From Epithemia pelagica (lineage: Eukaryota; Protista; Bacillariophyta), in NCBI GenBank assembly GCA_946965045.2, contig OX337228.1:5704001-5768000 (forward strand): DNA of 64,000 nucleotides, in the 5' to 3' direction. A program made the position numbers and the translations under genes. The notes beneath the pieces are model-generated. The model worked only from the letters and a program-made list of their open reading frames with translations, had not been told where the DNA came from and searched no databases. This document shows positions 1 through 9,896 of the stretch, piece by piece (position 1 is the first letter of the stretch; each line of letters opens with the position of its first letter).

Positions 1-291
1 TTTTTCTGGCAACAGCACACACAACGTCTTCCTCGTTCAAGAGACAAAGAAGAAGCAAAGCGAGATGTTGGTTTTTTGTGGCCGTGAACTGTGAACCGCG
101 TAAGGCGTGAGGTGAGTGATCGCCAGTCGGTGGTCGCACGTCTGGTCGGACGCACACCGGCACGTTTTGGTCGCGGTAATATTGCATGCCATATCTTTGA
201 GAGAGCAAACCCAATGAGACGATCCTGTTCGCACAAAGTACTCCTACCGATCATCAGAGAAGACAATTCGACGGGGACGACACCTTCGGCA

Positions 292-1425
292 ATGGTCGCA
301 CTCATGCCGAAGATCAGTGTGTTACGTCTCACATGCTGGACATGGCTGGCGGTGGCCCTCATTTTCCCAGAAATCTTGGTCTCGGCATCAACCACTCCCT
401 CCACGACAACCACGAGCCACTTGATTTTGGACCAATATGGCGATGCCGTGCAACTGCGACATGCACTCAATGCCGCGCAACAACAGGGTAGTTTTGTCAT
501 GATCCTCCATGAACAATCTCGCGCCAGTGCCACGAATAGTGAGAAATTGTGGGTGATATCCACCACGGATCACGACGATACAGGCAACATGGACACGTGG
601 ACGACGCACTTGCGATCTCGAGCGACACGGAGCCAAGCAGAGAGTGCCGTACAAAATGAACCAAGCACATTTCAACAAATTGGAACAATCTATCAAGGAC
701 AATCGTTTTTTCTAAAGCCATTGGTATCCACTTTTTCGCACAGCTTTGAACAAGTGTCCTCATCGCTGGACCAGCAACAACATGCTCGTGTGGCCATGGT
801 TTGCGTGGGAGTTCAGGCCGATGCCAAATGGCTGTGGGGTCGATTGAACGAATATGCCACAATGGTATGGGAGCTTTCCGACACTAGGCTGGAACTCCAG
901 GGTATCCTGTCGTTTGTGTCGACCATCCTGTGTCGCAGTGCCATTCTCTATCCGCCCGTTCCCAATTCATATGGAGGCGTCTTGCGAGCCTTTTTGAAAC
1001 AATCCGAGTCTACCTTGGATATGAAAACAGCCGATTGGTCACGTCCCTTGGGAGTCTGTGCCATTGTTCTCGATTTGGCACGTCATCCCGTAGACCAAAG
1101 ACGATTGTACCGCATCGATCCTTCCGGCATGGTGGAACCCATCCTGGATGATTCCATCTTTTTGGGGAAATGGGGATCTACCATGGAAAGCTGGTGGGAG
1201 ACACATGTAGATCAACAACAAGCAGAAGATCCGGATCAGAGCTTTTTGGAGGAACAGCACCTTTGCACCCTCGTGGCTCGTGGCTTGACCCATGTCTTGG
1301 GCCATGAGGATCGTCTCCCACGGTTTCTGCGAATCGAACGCTGGGCGAATAATGGTGATTCATCATCCTCATCATCCAGGCAGATTGAACGACGTCTTGT
1401 AGCGCTCCAGAATGTACAACGGTGA
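292..1425 (+). CDS. Divergent proteasome alpha-subunit-like (Ntn-fold) protein with N-terminal signal peptide
   Basis: ORF 91-1425; likely ATG 292 or 304, followed by hydrophobic LTCWTWLAVALIFPEILVSA. Motifs resemble 20S alpha subunits in the expected order: LDQYGDAVQLRHAL (~FSPxGRLxQVEYA), VGVQADAKWL (~SGLxADAR), SRPLGVCAIV (~RPFGVS), LYRIDPSG (~LYxxDPSG). Confidence 0.5.
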   Translation: MVALMPKISVLRLTCWTWLAVALIFPEILVSASTTPSTTTTSHLILDQYGDAVQLRHALNAAQQQGSFVMILHEQSRASATNSEKLWVISTTDHDDTGNMDTWTTHLRSRATRSQAESAVQNEPSTFQQIGTIYQGQSFFLKPLVSTFSHSFEQVSSSLDQQQHARVAMVCVGVQADAKWLWGRLNEYATMVWELSDTRLELQGILSFVSTILCRSAILYPPVPNSYGGVLRAFLKQSESTLDMKTADWSRPLGVCAIVLDLARHPVDQRRLYRIDPSGMVEPILDDSIFLGKWGSTMESWWETHVDQQQAEDPDQSFLEEQHLCTLVARGLTHVLGHEDRLPRFLRIERWANNGDSSSSSSRQIERRLVALQNVQR

Positions 1426-1743
1426 TAATTATAAAAGGTTTCGTATCTCGCCCTTTCGTGGGGATTTGGAATCCAGCTACGGTTATTACTTCGAAATCTA
1501 GGGACTCCCTCCGACAGGTACTTCTAGAGGACAACGGACGTCTCCTTGCCCACGCCCACATAGCATAAAGTGGGGGCGGGTAGCTTTTCCTACCCCTCTT
1601 CTTAAGGTACGGGCCTTCGCCCTGTCGCATTGGTTAGAATTTGGTGAGCCCCCCCTATCCACAATCCTCATCGGCATTTTGACTTTTGGAGACGGGGTTC
1701 CATTGCAAGTGATATTGCAACGTAACAACAGTGGCATACTTCC

Positions 1744-2535
1744 ATGATTGTCAAGGGTTCCTTTGGGTGGTTTTTTCTCTGTACAGTTGCCTTATTTTGG
1801 CTGGAGCAGCAGCAATGTGGAGTGTTGGCCTTGTCTGGCGTAGTATCGGTCAAACCCGACAATGACGAATGCTATCGATTTCGGACACTGCCGTCCTGGC
1901 GCAAAGATATAAAGAGCAATCCACGTTATCTTTGGGGAAACTTTGAAGCCATCAATGACGAAATGTATGGCTCATCTGGTCCTGTTGTGGTCTTTCTCGC
2001 CACGGATAATATGGCAAAAACTGTGTACCAAAGCCCCGAAGTTCAGTCCTCGGGCCATTTCGACGTGAAACTCGAAGCAGGCAAATTGTATTGGTTTTGC
2101 ATCTCTAACAGGGACAAAAGAGATGGTTTTCTGGACGATGACTTTACTGCTGGTGGCCCTGGTGGTCTAGATATGGGGCGCAGCATTGGATTTTCGTTTG
2201 ATCTGGTGACCAGTGATCAGTTTGACTACGGAGACGCGGGCGTCGAGGTCGACCCCAATGTCGATGAGACGACCAAAGCCCATCGAGAAGCCAAGGAACG
2301 AGCGTCCGTGTGGCTCAAAACGTCAGGTAGTCTGTTGCAACGACTCAAGGATATGAAATCACATTTTAACTATCTTCGGATTCGAGAAGCCGACCATCGA
2401 TCCGTCACCGAGCAAACCTTTACCGATGTACTCTCCTGGACAGTATGGGAAGCAGTAACGGTGACAGTCGTCGCAGTTGGTCAAATTTTGTTTTTCCGGA
2501 GATACTTGGAACGAAAAAACAGAGTATTAGGCTAA
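1744..2535 (+). CDS. p24/emp24/gp25L (GOLD domain) cargo receptor
   Basis: Signal peptide, Cys pair in GOLD-like region (DECYRF...YWFCISN), coiled coil (LRIREADHRSVTE), C-terminal TM (WTVWEAVTVTVVAVGQILFF) and short basic tail. Confidence 0.85.
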   Translation: MIVKGSFGWFFLCTVALFWLEQQQCGVLALSGVVSVKPDNDECYRFRTLPSWRKDIKSNPRYLWGNFEAINDEMYGSSGPVVVFLATDNMAKTVYQSPEVQSSGHFDVKLEAGKLYWFCISNRDKRDGFLDDDFTAGGPGGLDMGRSIGFSFDLVTSDQFDYGDAGVEVDPNVDETTKAHREAKERASVWLKTSGSLLQRLKDMKSHFNYLRIREADHRSVTEQTFTDVLSWTVWEAVTVTVVAVGQILFFRRYLERKNRVLG

Positions 2536-2798
2536 GGGTGTGGGTTTGTCATTGCTACGGTTGTTCTCATGCTCGGAAACAAACTCGATTTGTGAACTAA
2601 TGTGAACTGATGCAGTTGAAACTCTACATGTGATGATACCATGTCCCAGCGGACAACTTCGCCGAAAACGGACAAGCGAATGTCCACTACTACCAAAAAA
2701 GTAGCTGATAATATCAAGATAGAAGTATCCATATGCAATGATTCAAATTCCGCTGGCTTCCCTTTTATTGACTACTCGCGCAAACACTACGACTCTCT

Positions 2799-4478
2799 TC
2801 AATCAGACCTAGGGATCGGTTCTCCGAGCTCGTTATTGGGGTCGCGCTCACGTGGATCCGTCTGACCCTTTAACTTGGCTTCGGATTTTAAAATTTTACG
2901 TTGTCTTCGAGATTCAACATACAAGAATTTGTCCTCCTGTTTCATTGCTTTCCATTCATCCAAGCGCTCGAAGCAGCTACGAATATCATCTGGACCGAGT
3001 TTGTGGCCAATTACGAGGGCGTTTTCATCTTGACATTGTGCATGATTCTGGAAGAAAGGGCTATGAATCCACCAAACATTTAAAGGGGACTCATCAAGCC
3101 ATATTCCCAAGGAAGTGTCTTCGCCTTGATAGTAGGTCAAGTTTCGTTGGCTGGCAATATAACTGGCAACTGGGCGAGACACCACATGACCACGACTGCC
3201 TTGAGGCCAGTAGGGATAAACATTACGACTGTATTGAAATTCTGCCCATTTCCCTTTTCTGTTGACAAGAGCATGGGGTACAATTCGGCCCAGGACAATG
3301 GGCAGATCGGGGTTGTAAAGATCCAAAAGCGCGTGCTGTAGTGTACCAACACGTACCACTGTGTCGTCGTCGGCCTTTAGGATCCATTTCACGTGGGTCA
3401 TGGAGTTTACGACCCATTGGTACGCAAAGTGGAGCTTGTACGGAAGGCTCATGTACGACTCGGGGAGAATTGAATCGATAATATCACCATATTGTTTCGA
3501 TTCTTCTACCAATTGCTCTTGGATAGTACCGCTTTCATTTCTTGCCATACCACCTACAACAAAATAGACAGAGTGGTTGTTTGCCCACGTCTCTCGAATC
3601 GCCTGGCGATGAAGATGGTTCGATCTGGAAGACAGTACAATGACAACCATGGGATCATTCGAATGAGAGGCAGCAGGAAGTGGTAATGTAGTATTTGTTT
3701 TCACTGCAGGTATGCTGTAGTTGTAGAAGACACCGTCCTTTTCCCATGCCCTGATCCGCTGTTTCCGGATTATCCTCAACTCTTCTGGGCTGTATTCAAT
3801 GGGTGCCTGTAGGTTGGGGGGTTGTTTGTGAGGTCTTGGCTGTTTCCGTCTACCGTCGTACTCATCCTCATAACCGAAGAAGTACTCATACAGATCCGTC
3901 ATCACTTTTCCGAGCAAGGACTGGGGTCCTTCGCTATCTCTTCGGTAGGAATGGTGCTTGCCTTTTGGAGTCTCATAAGAGTCTTCACCACTGAACAAAC
4001 CGCCCGATATTTGTTCCAATCGTTTTCTTTCTCGAATGACCTCATTGTGAGCATGCCGATGTTTCTTCCTTTCTTCCATACGATCTCGTAACACGGCGAC
4101 CATGTCCTTTTGTGATCGATTTTGGTGCGAAAAACTGTCTCCATGTGATGGATCTATTGTATCACCAGGAACACGGTCTTTAAAGTAATCATCATGGCCA
4201 TAACCAGAACCCACTGAAGATGTTCTAATAGCCTGTTTGCCAAAAGAATTATCATGCCGAGATTGCGAAACTATGGATGGTAAATCTCGAATGCCGGCGT
4301 TGGCGTTCCAGTCTGGTTGACGTCCATAATCATGAAAGGGCTCTTGATACGTGAGCGAATACAATGTGAAAACGAAGATCGAAGAAGAGCATCCGAGCAA
4401 TGATGCAACAATGTAGTAAAGTAGCGCAGACACCGAATTCTTCCTACGAGGCCTTGGGGATGATGATGAGCCGGCCAT
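2799..4478 (-). CDS. GT31-family beta-1,3-galactosyltransferase-like type II membrane protein
   Basis: N-terminal TM, long stem, then VIVLSS...RQAIRETW, WILKADDD (DxD) and GEDTSLGIW motifs. Confidence 0.85.
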   Translation of the reverse strand: MAGSSSSPRPRRKNSVSALLYYIVASLLGCSSSIFVFTLYSLTYQEPFHDYGRQPDWNANAGIRDLPSIVSQSRHDNSFGKQAIRTSSVGSGYGHDDYFKDRVPGDTIDPSHGDSFSHQNRSQKDMVAVLRDRMEERKKHRHAHNEVIRERKRLEQISGGLFSGEDSYETPKGKHHSYRRDSEGPQSLLGKVMTDLYEYFFGYEDEYDGRRKQPRPHKQPPNLQAPIEYSPEELRIIRKQRIRAWEKDGVFYNYSIPAVKTNTTLPLPAASHSNDPMVVIVLSSRSNHLHRQAIRETWANNHSVYFVVGGMARNESGTIQEQLVEESKQYGDIIDSILPESYMSLPYKLHFAYQWVVNSMTHVKWILKADDDTVVRVGTLQHALLDLYNPDLPIVLGRIVPHALVNRKGKWAEFQYSRNVYPYWPQGSRGHVVSRPVASYIASQRNLTYYQGEDTSLGIWLDESPLNVWWIHSPFFQNHAQCQDENALVIGHKLGPDDIRSCFERLDEWKAMKQEDKFLYVESRRQRKILKSEAKLKGQTDPRERDPNNELGEPIPRSD

Positions 4479-4780
4479 ATGGACGCCACGAGGTTTTCAT
4501 TGAGCTGTAGTTGATGCTGTCTCCCCGTTCGATTTCGATGCCCTTCTGCGATTTGGGATTCTTCGTCGTCATTGTGTCGACAGGTTTTCCTAGAGGTAGC
4601 CTTTGCATTTTCTGTGGTAGTCCATTCCCGTTAAAGTGCTCATTACCTCTTTCAGCTCGTTCCACGTGTTGGCCACATCAAAGATCCTTGTGGCGGCAAT
4701 ATATCCCCGCACTATTTCGTTGACAACACGGGCTCTTCGATTCAACCCAACATAATCTCCTTTATTACCAATCATACACC

Positions 4781-5516
4781 ATGATCAAAGATATAATGGA
4801 TAAACAGGTCTACGAGCTGAAGAAGCTCTGGGCAAACAAGCGACAGTTGACATTTCAAGTGCTAAATTTAGCCATGATTGTCTTTTCCGCTCTGATGATT
4901 TGGAAAGGCCTCATGTTTGTCACATTGTCCGAAAGTCCAGTTGTGGTGGTTTTGTCTGGAAGCATGGAACCTGCATTTCAGAGAGGCGATATTTTGTTTC
5001 TAAATAATGCCGTTGAAGAGGTGAGAACAATGGTCCATATGCGCGACGTAAGCCACACTTTTTCTCATTTCTGGGCTATTCATTTATTGTTCGATCATGC
5101 ATATTCGATGAAACCTTGTTCCAATGGAATAATAATAACCTGAACGCTACAAAACCACATTCCATTTTTATTGACCACATTGCATTTTTACGGACCAGGT
5201 TCATGTGGGTGATGTAGTTGTTTTCAAAATTAAGGATCGCGACATTCCCATTGTGCACCGTATTCTCAAAGTTCACCGGAATGAAACAACTGGAAAAGTC
5301 GACCTACTAACCAAAGGAGACAACAATCGTGTGGATGATCGGGGTCTTTACGCTCCAGGGCAGCTTTGGCTACAAAGAGAGGATATCCTTGGGAAAGCAA
5401 TTGGTACCCTGCGATATGTGGGTATGGTCACAATAGCGTTAAACGACTATCCGGTTCTGAAGTATGTGCTCGTGGGGTTGATGGGCTTATTCGTGTTAAC
5501 AAGCAAAGAGGGATAG
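4781..5516 (+). CDS. SEC11: Signal peptidase complex catalytic subunit SEC11 (exons 4781-5020, 5199-5516)
   Basis: [21 protein letters not shown] and IPIVHR...LLTKGDNN motifs; GT-AG intron 5021-5198 joins the ORFs in frame (NNAVEE|VHVGDVVVF). Confidence 0.95.
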
Positions 5517-5705
5517 CGTGATTGGACGTTTGACATGTCTTTTCTTATTTATGAGAACGACGGATGAGTATCCCAAAACTGTGCGAGGAGACATTTTGCG
5601 TGGAGATATCCCTTGCTCCACTGTCTTAGAACGAAGGATGATGACTTCTCCAGTCTGCAAGCCGTCGAAACACCTTAAAGTCTAAACAAGCTAATTGAAA
5701 GAATC

Positions 5706-7319
5706 TCAGCTGTGCTCCAGGATCATAAGGCACTCAATGTGTCGTGTTTGTGGGAACAGATCGAAAGGCTGGACCGATGCAATCGTATAGTTATGTTGGA
5801 CCAGGAACGCTGCGTCCCTCGCTTGGGTTGTTGGATCACATGACATGTAGACGATTCTAGCTGGATCATAGTCGACCAGCTGCTTTAGAAACGTTTCACT
5901 GCATCCTTTTCTGGGAGGGTCGAGCACGACGGTCGTAGAATTACGTGGGAAATCGGAAATAGCGGAGAAAATGTTTTCTGCCGACGCAGCGAGGAATTCG
6001 CAGTTGTGTATTTGATTTGCTTGCGCGTTGGCAGTAGCTTCGGTAATGGCTTTCTCATTGATCTCGATGCCCACGACACGATCAAAGTGTTGAGCACATG
6101 ATAAGGCAAACAAGCCGCTGCCGCAATAACAGTCGGCCAAATGTGTCATTTGTCCTCCCATTGTAGCTTCTGATACAACACTATCAACCATGAGCGGGAG
6201 GACATGGTAATTGTTCTGAAAGAAATTGCCAGCCTTGTAGGTAAAATCAAGTCCCCCAACTGTTGTGGTCAGATCGTTTCGGTGATTCGTCTCGACGTAG
6301 GAGTCATCTAAATTCCCCTGACGTAACAAAAGCGTCGCTCCCTTTTTCCCTTTTGGAGGGTTCGACAAGAGCTGCTTCCGAATGTTGCCATATGCCTCGT
6401 TCACTGCAGGCGTCGCAATAGGGCATTCTGCAACGTCAATCACCTGCCGAGAGCTCTGTTTTTGGAATCCAATAGCTTGAATCTCCTTGACAATGGAATT
6501 GTTTGCAAGGTTCTGCTGTCCTCTCCTGCTCTTTGTTGGTTCGTTATAATGCGGAGTTAACTTGCTTCGGTAGCCGTAAATGTGGTCCGTTCCCAAGCAG
6601 GGTTTGACCAAGGCCTTATCAAGTTCAATCTTGTACAGAGCTAGGGCATCCTTCACGTGTGCCGTCTTCCACTTTCGCTGCGATCCTATTTCCATATGCT
6701 GGAGCTGACATCCACCACATTCGTTGGCCAAAGGGCAAACTGAATCTATACGATCGCCACTAGCCTCCAGAACCTGCACAAGATCTGCTTCACTGTAACC
6801 TCGAAAGTTGCGAAAGATACGTACTCTCACCAGTTCACCTGGAATTACAGAGGGCACCATGACGACCCATTTGTTCTTCTCTCCATTGGTTGCTCTACTT
6901 TCATCGTTGAATTCATCATTCGTTGGACTTGGTTTGGTTCTGTCTGCATTGACCTCTTCCAAGCCTTTAATTTGTTCTGGAGTAAGGACTACACGCCCCA
7001 GGCCCATTCCTCTGTTGGTCAGAGTTTCGACCACAATATCCAATTCTTGACGGTAGGAAAATGGAAAAGGAACAAATTTACTGGGTGCTATCACTGGAGA
7101 TACATTCGTGACAACGGATTCCGGAGTCTGTTGTTGTTGACGTGATGACACTGGAACAGAAGCACATCGATGTGGCAGTGGTAGCTTTCTGGATCTCGAC
7201 AACGAGCTGGTTCGGTGTACAAAGTGGGAGAACGATGGAAATGCTTCTCTAGAGCTGATGGACTGTAGCAAGAACATGATATTGAAAACAACAAGACACG
7301 AAAGTCTAGGGCCAGTCAT
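5706..7319 (-). CDS. TrmA/RlmD/TRM2-family RNA (uracil-5) methyltransferase, probably plastid-targeted
   Basis: TRAM-like region, CPLANECGGCQLQH Cys cluster, FFQNN, DCYCGSGLF SAM motif, VLDPPRKG, YMSCDP, DLFPQTRHIEC; N-terminal signal peptide ending SREA-FP. Confidence 0.88.
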   Translation of the reverse strand: MTGPRLSCLVVFNIMFLLQSISSREAFPSFSHFVHRTSSLSRSRKLPLPHRCASVPVSSRQQQQTPESVVTNVSPVIAPSKFVPFPFSYRQELDIVVETLTNRGMGLGRVVLTPEQIKGLEEVNADRTKPSPTNDEFNDESRATNGEKNKWVVMVPSVIPGELVRVRIFRNFRGYSEADLVQVLEASGDRIDSVCPLANECGGCQLQHMEIGSQRKWKTAHVKDALALYKIELDKALVKPCLGTDHIYGYRSKLTPHYNEPTKSRRGQQNLANNSIVKEIQAIGFQKQSSRQVIDVAECPIATPAVNEAYGNIRKQLLSNPPKGKKGATLLLRQGNLDDSYVETNHRNDLTTTVGGLDFTYKAGNFFQNNYHVLPLMVDSVVSEATMGGQMTHLADCYCGSGLFALSCAQHFDRVVGIEINEKAITEATANAQANQIHNCEFLAASAENIFSAISDFPRNSTTVVLDPPRKGCSETFLKQLVDYDPARIVYMSCDPTTQARDAAFLVQHNYTIASVQPFDLFPQTRHIECLMILEHS

Positions 7320-7521
7320 CGTAAATCGGACCAGAGGTAGGGGGACAAGCACATGGTCTCTCCTTTTTCTAGACAGAATCGAAAATCGAAGTATTATTAT
7401 TTGTGCGGCTATCCCTTCGTCGAATAGGTTATGAGCGCCAGATGTCCCTCATCATGTCCCATCAGAGTTCCGAATCTTTCTGCAAAAAGTTTCTCCCACA
7501 GCTCCTCATGGAGAGGGAGTC

Positions 7522-9210
7522 ATGTCGTCCGCACCAGCGCCAAGCGAGGTACCCCACGATGGTGGTCATGGTGCTGCATCTCCCCGAAAGGAGGATATGG
7601 AACGCTTCACCAATGCAGCATTCCGGGGCACGTTGGCCACATTGGCACTTCGACTTCTTTCGTTTGTGTGTACCCAGTGGACGATTCGCATGTTGGATCC
7701 AGCAACCTTGGGACGGGCGTCGGTACAGCTGGAGCTTTTACAAACCACGGTGCTCTTTCTCAGTCGAGAAGGATTCCGTCTCGCATTGACAAGAAACGTT
7801 TCGGAGAAGAATTCGTCAGTCGCATGGCTCAGTATTCCAACGGGTACTGTCATGTCTCTACTGGCACTCACATTCCATTTGTATCATTCACAAAGCTTGG
7901 TTGAGCCAGAGTCTGATCCTTCTCCGTCCGAAAATGGCGATTCGTCCAACCCTCTAGATTACCGCGTCGCAGGAATTCTTTACTGCGTAGCATGTTGGAT
8001 TGAGATTTTGGGTGAACCTGCCGCTCTTAACTCCTTACGTGAAATGAATGTGACCCTCAAAGTCACAGCGGAATCAATGGCAACTGTGAGCAAGACGGTG
8101 GCACTCGTTGTGTTTCTTCATTATCTCCAAACGGATTGGCCGGTGACTGCGTTTGGACTTTCTCAGATGGTGTTTGGGACCGTGTTTACATCCTTTCTCT
8201 ATTTTCAAACATGGGGGCAGCTACAGTGGCCAAAAACCAGTGCCCTCGACGCAAATGCCTGCTACTTGACATTGGTATTCACGCTGCAGGGCTGTTTCAA
8301 ACATTTTCTTACTGAGGGTGATCGAATCATCTTGACAACCATGAGTGAAAACTACAATCAAGGTGTCTATGCCATGGGGAGCAGCTACGGTGGCATGGCT
8401 GCTCGCATATTGTTTCAACCGATTGAGGAAAACTGCCGACTCTTGTGGAGTCGATTGGCACAGGAACAAATGGATAAAAGTGAAGGAAAAAAGTCCACCG
8501 CTAAGCTTGAAGACTCGTATACGCTGGTGATCAAGTTTGTGTTATACATTGGATTTGTGTTTAGTTTTCTCGCCGTAAACTACACTAAGGTCCTTCTCAA
8601 CCTTTTGGCGGGGAAACGATGGGGTACCAATCTCGAGGCCGTGGCTACACTGTCGGCCTTTTGTGTGTACACAGCGTTCATGGCGTGGAATGGAACGACC
8701 GAAGCCTTTGTCTATGCCTGTATGAAATCAGGTTCGGACATTAGCCGTCTTGGATTGGCCCATACAATTGTGGGAGTCATGTTTGCCGTGGTGGGTCCGT
8801 TTGCCGTGCAATGGTATGGAACCGTCGGACTGGTTGCCGTGAATTGTTTGGCAATGTTTCTTCGATCCATGTACTCCTTGTACTACGCGTCGCAGTTCTT
8901 TGGGATTCACAGTTCGATTTCTGCCTGGAGAATCATGGGGAACCTGCTACCACGAATGTTCCCGCACCCCATTGTCATGGCAGCTTTTGCCTTGTCGTAT
9001 GTAGCGACAAGTTTCTCGCTACATGATTTACGAACGACAACAGCGGAACTGGATATTCCAGTCGGAAGTGCAGCGTGGTTTCGGTACTCTCTGAGACATA
9101 TTGGCGTGGGAATATCTTGTGCAATTGTGATTTTATCCATAAGCTTCTCACTGGAGAAAGACTTTCGACGGGGAATCTTGCGTATCCTACGAAAGGACAA
9201 GAAAGACTGA
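7522..9210 (+). CDS. RFT1: RFT1 Man5GlcNAc2-PP-dolichol translocation protein
   Basis: Multi-TM ORF with LFLSREGFR, FKHFLTEGD, QGVYA..SSYGG..ARILFQPIEE motifs. Confidence 0.9.
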   Translation: MSSAPAPSEVPHDGGHGAASPRKEDMERFTNAAFRGTLATLALRLLSFVCTQWTIRMLDPATLGRASVQLELLQTTVLFLSREGFRLALTRNVSEKNSSVAWLSIPTGTVMSLLALTFHLYHSQSLVEPESDPSPSENGDSSNPLDYRVAGILYCVACWIEILGEPAALNSLREMNVTLKVTAESMATVSKTVALVVFLHYLQTDWPVTAFGLSQMVFGTVFTSFLYFQTWGQLQWPKTSALDANACYLTLVFTLQGCFKHFLTEGDRIILTTMSENYNQGVYAMGSSYGGMAARILFQPIEENCRLLWSRLAQEQMDKSEGKKSTAKLEDSYTLVIKFVLYIGFVFSFLAVNYTKVLLNLLAGKRWGTNLEAVATLSAFCVYTAFMAWNGTTEAFVYACMKSGSDISRLGLAHTIVGVMFAVVGPFAVQWYGTVGLVAVNCLAMFLRSMYSLYYASQFFGIHSSISAWRIMGNLLPRMFPHPIVMAAFALSYVATSFSLHDLRTTTAELDIPVGSAAWFRYSLRHIGVGISCAIVILSISFSLEKDFRRGILRILRKDKKD

Positions 9211-9896
9211 TTGGGGTGTCGGGTGTCGGACGAAGCAAATCGTATCATGGTTGCTTTCCGATTGGGTATGAGCAGTTTCAGTTCGCTGATGAGGCTAAAG
9301 ACGTATTCGGCAGGACAATACCATACCAAATGGTTGAGACATTATTCTATCAAGATGGTTATCAAAGGGCGAAGGTACTATGGTGTCATGATGCCCAGAA
9401 GTTGAAGTGTAGCCCACACTTCCGAATTCCGGACCTCTTCCGGTATCGAGAAAAATGGCGATGATGGCGCTTTCTCGGGGTCCCCCTGCGTGGCTGCAAT
9501 TTTGAAATATTAGGCAAGTTGTGGGACGGCAATAGTAGTGTCTGGTCCGCTACCTGGATAAGAATTAAGCCTTATATAATTTTGGTGGTCACGTCAGCAA
9601 ATCAGGACCAAAAGATATGGGATCATTGTCGGCGTGCGATACTGAAACCATGCCCGCCACACAAAAAGACAAACGGCCACATAACACGACAAGCTTGAAA
9701 GAACAACTTACCGACCTAATCGATTGAAGATACACTTCCATCTTCTACGGGGTTCATCAATATCGACTTGTATTGAGTCCATTTTTGCTGACACTCTATC
9801 ATTAAATACTCTTCTCGTACTGCCACTTCTTTTGTGGCAATCAGATTTCACCATAGTGGCTCTTGATGCAACTTTTCTGGAAAGCCTCGATACCAA

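Noticed and set aside
91-291. Upstream extension of ORF 91-1425
   Set aside because: Starts at a non-ATG codon and would bury the signal peptide; ATG 292/304 is preferred.
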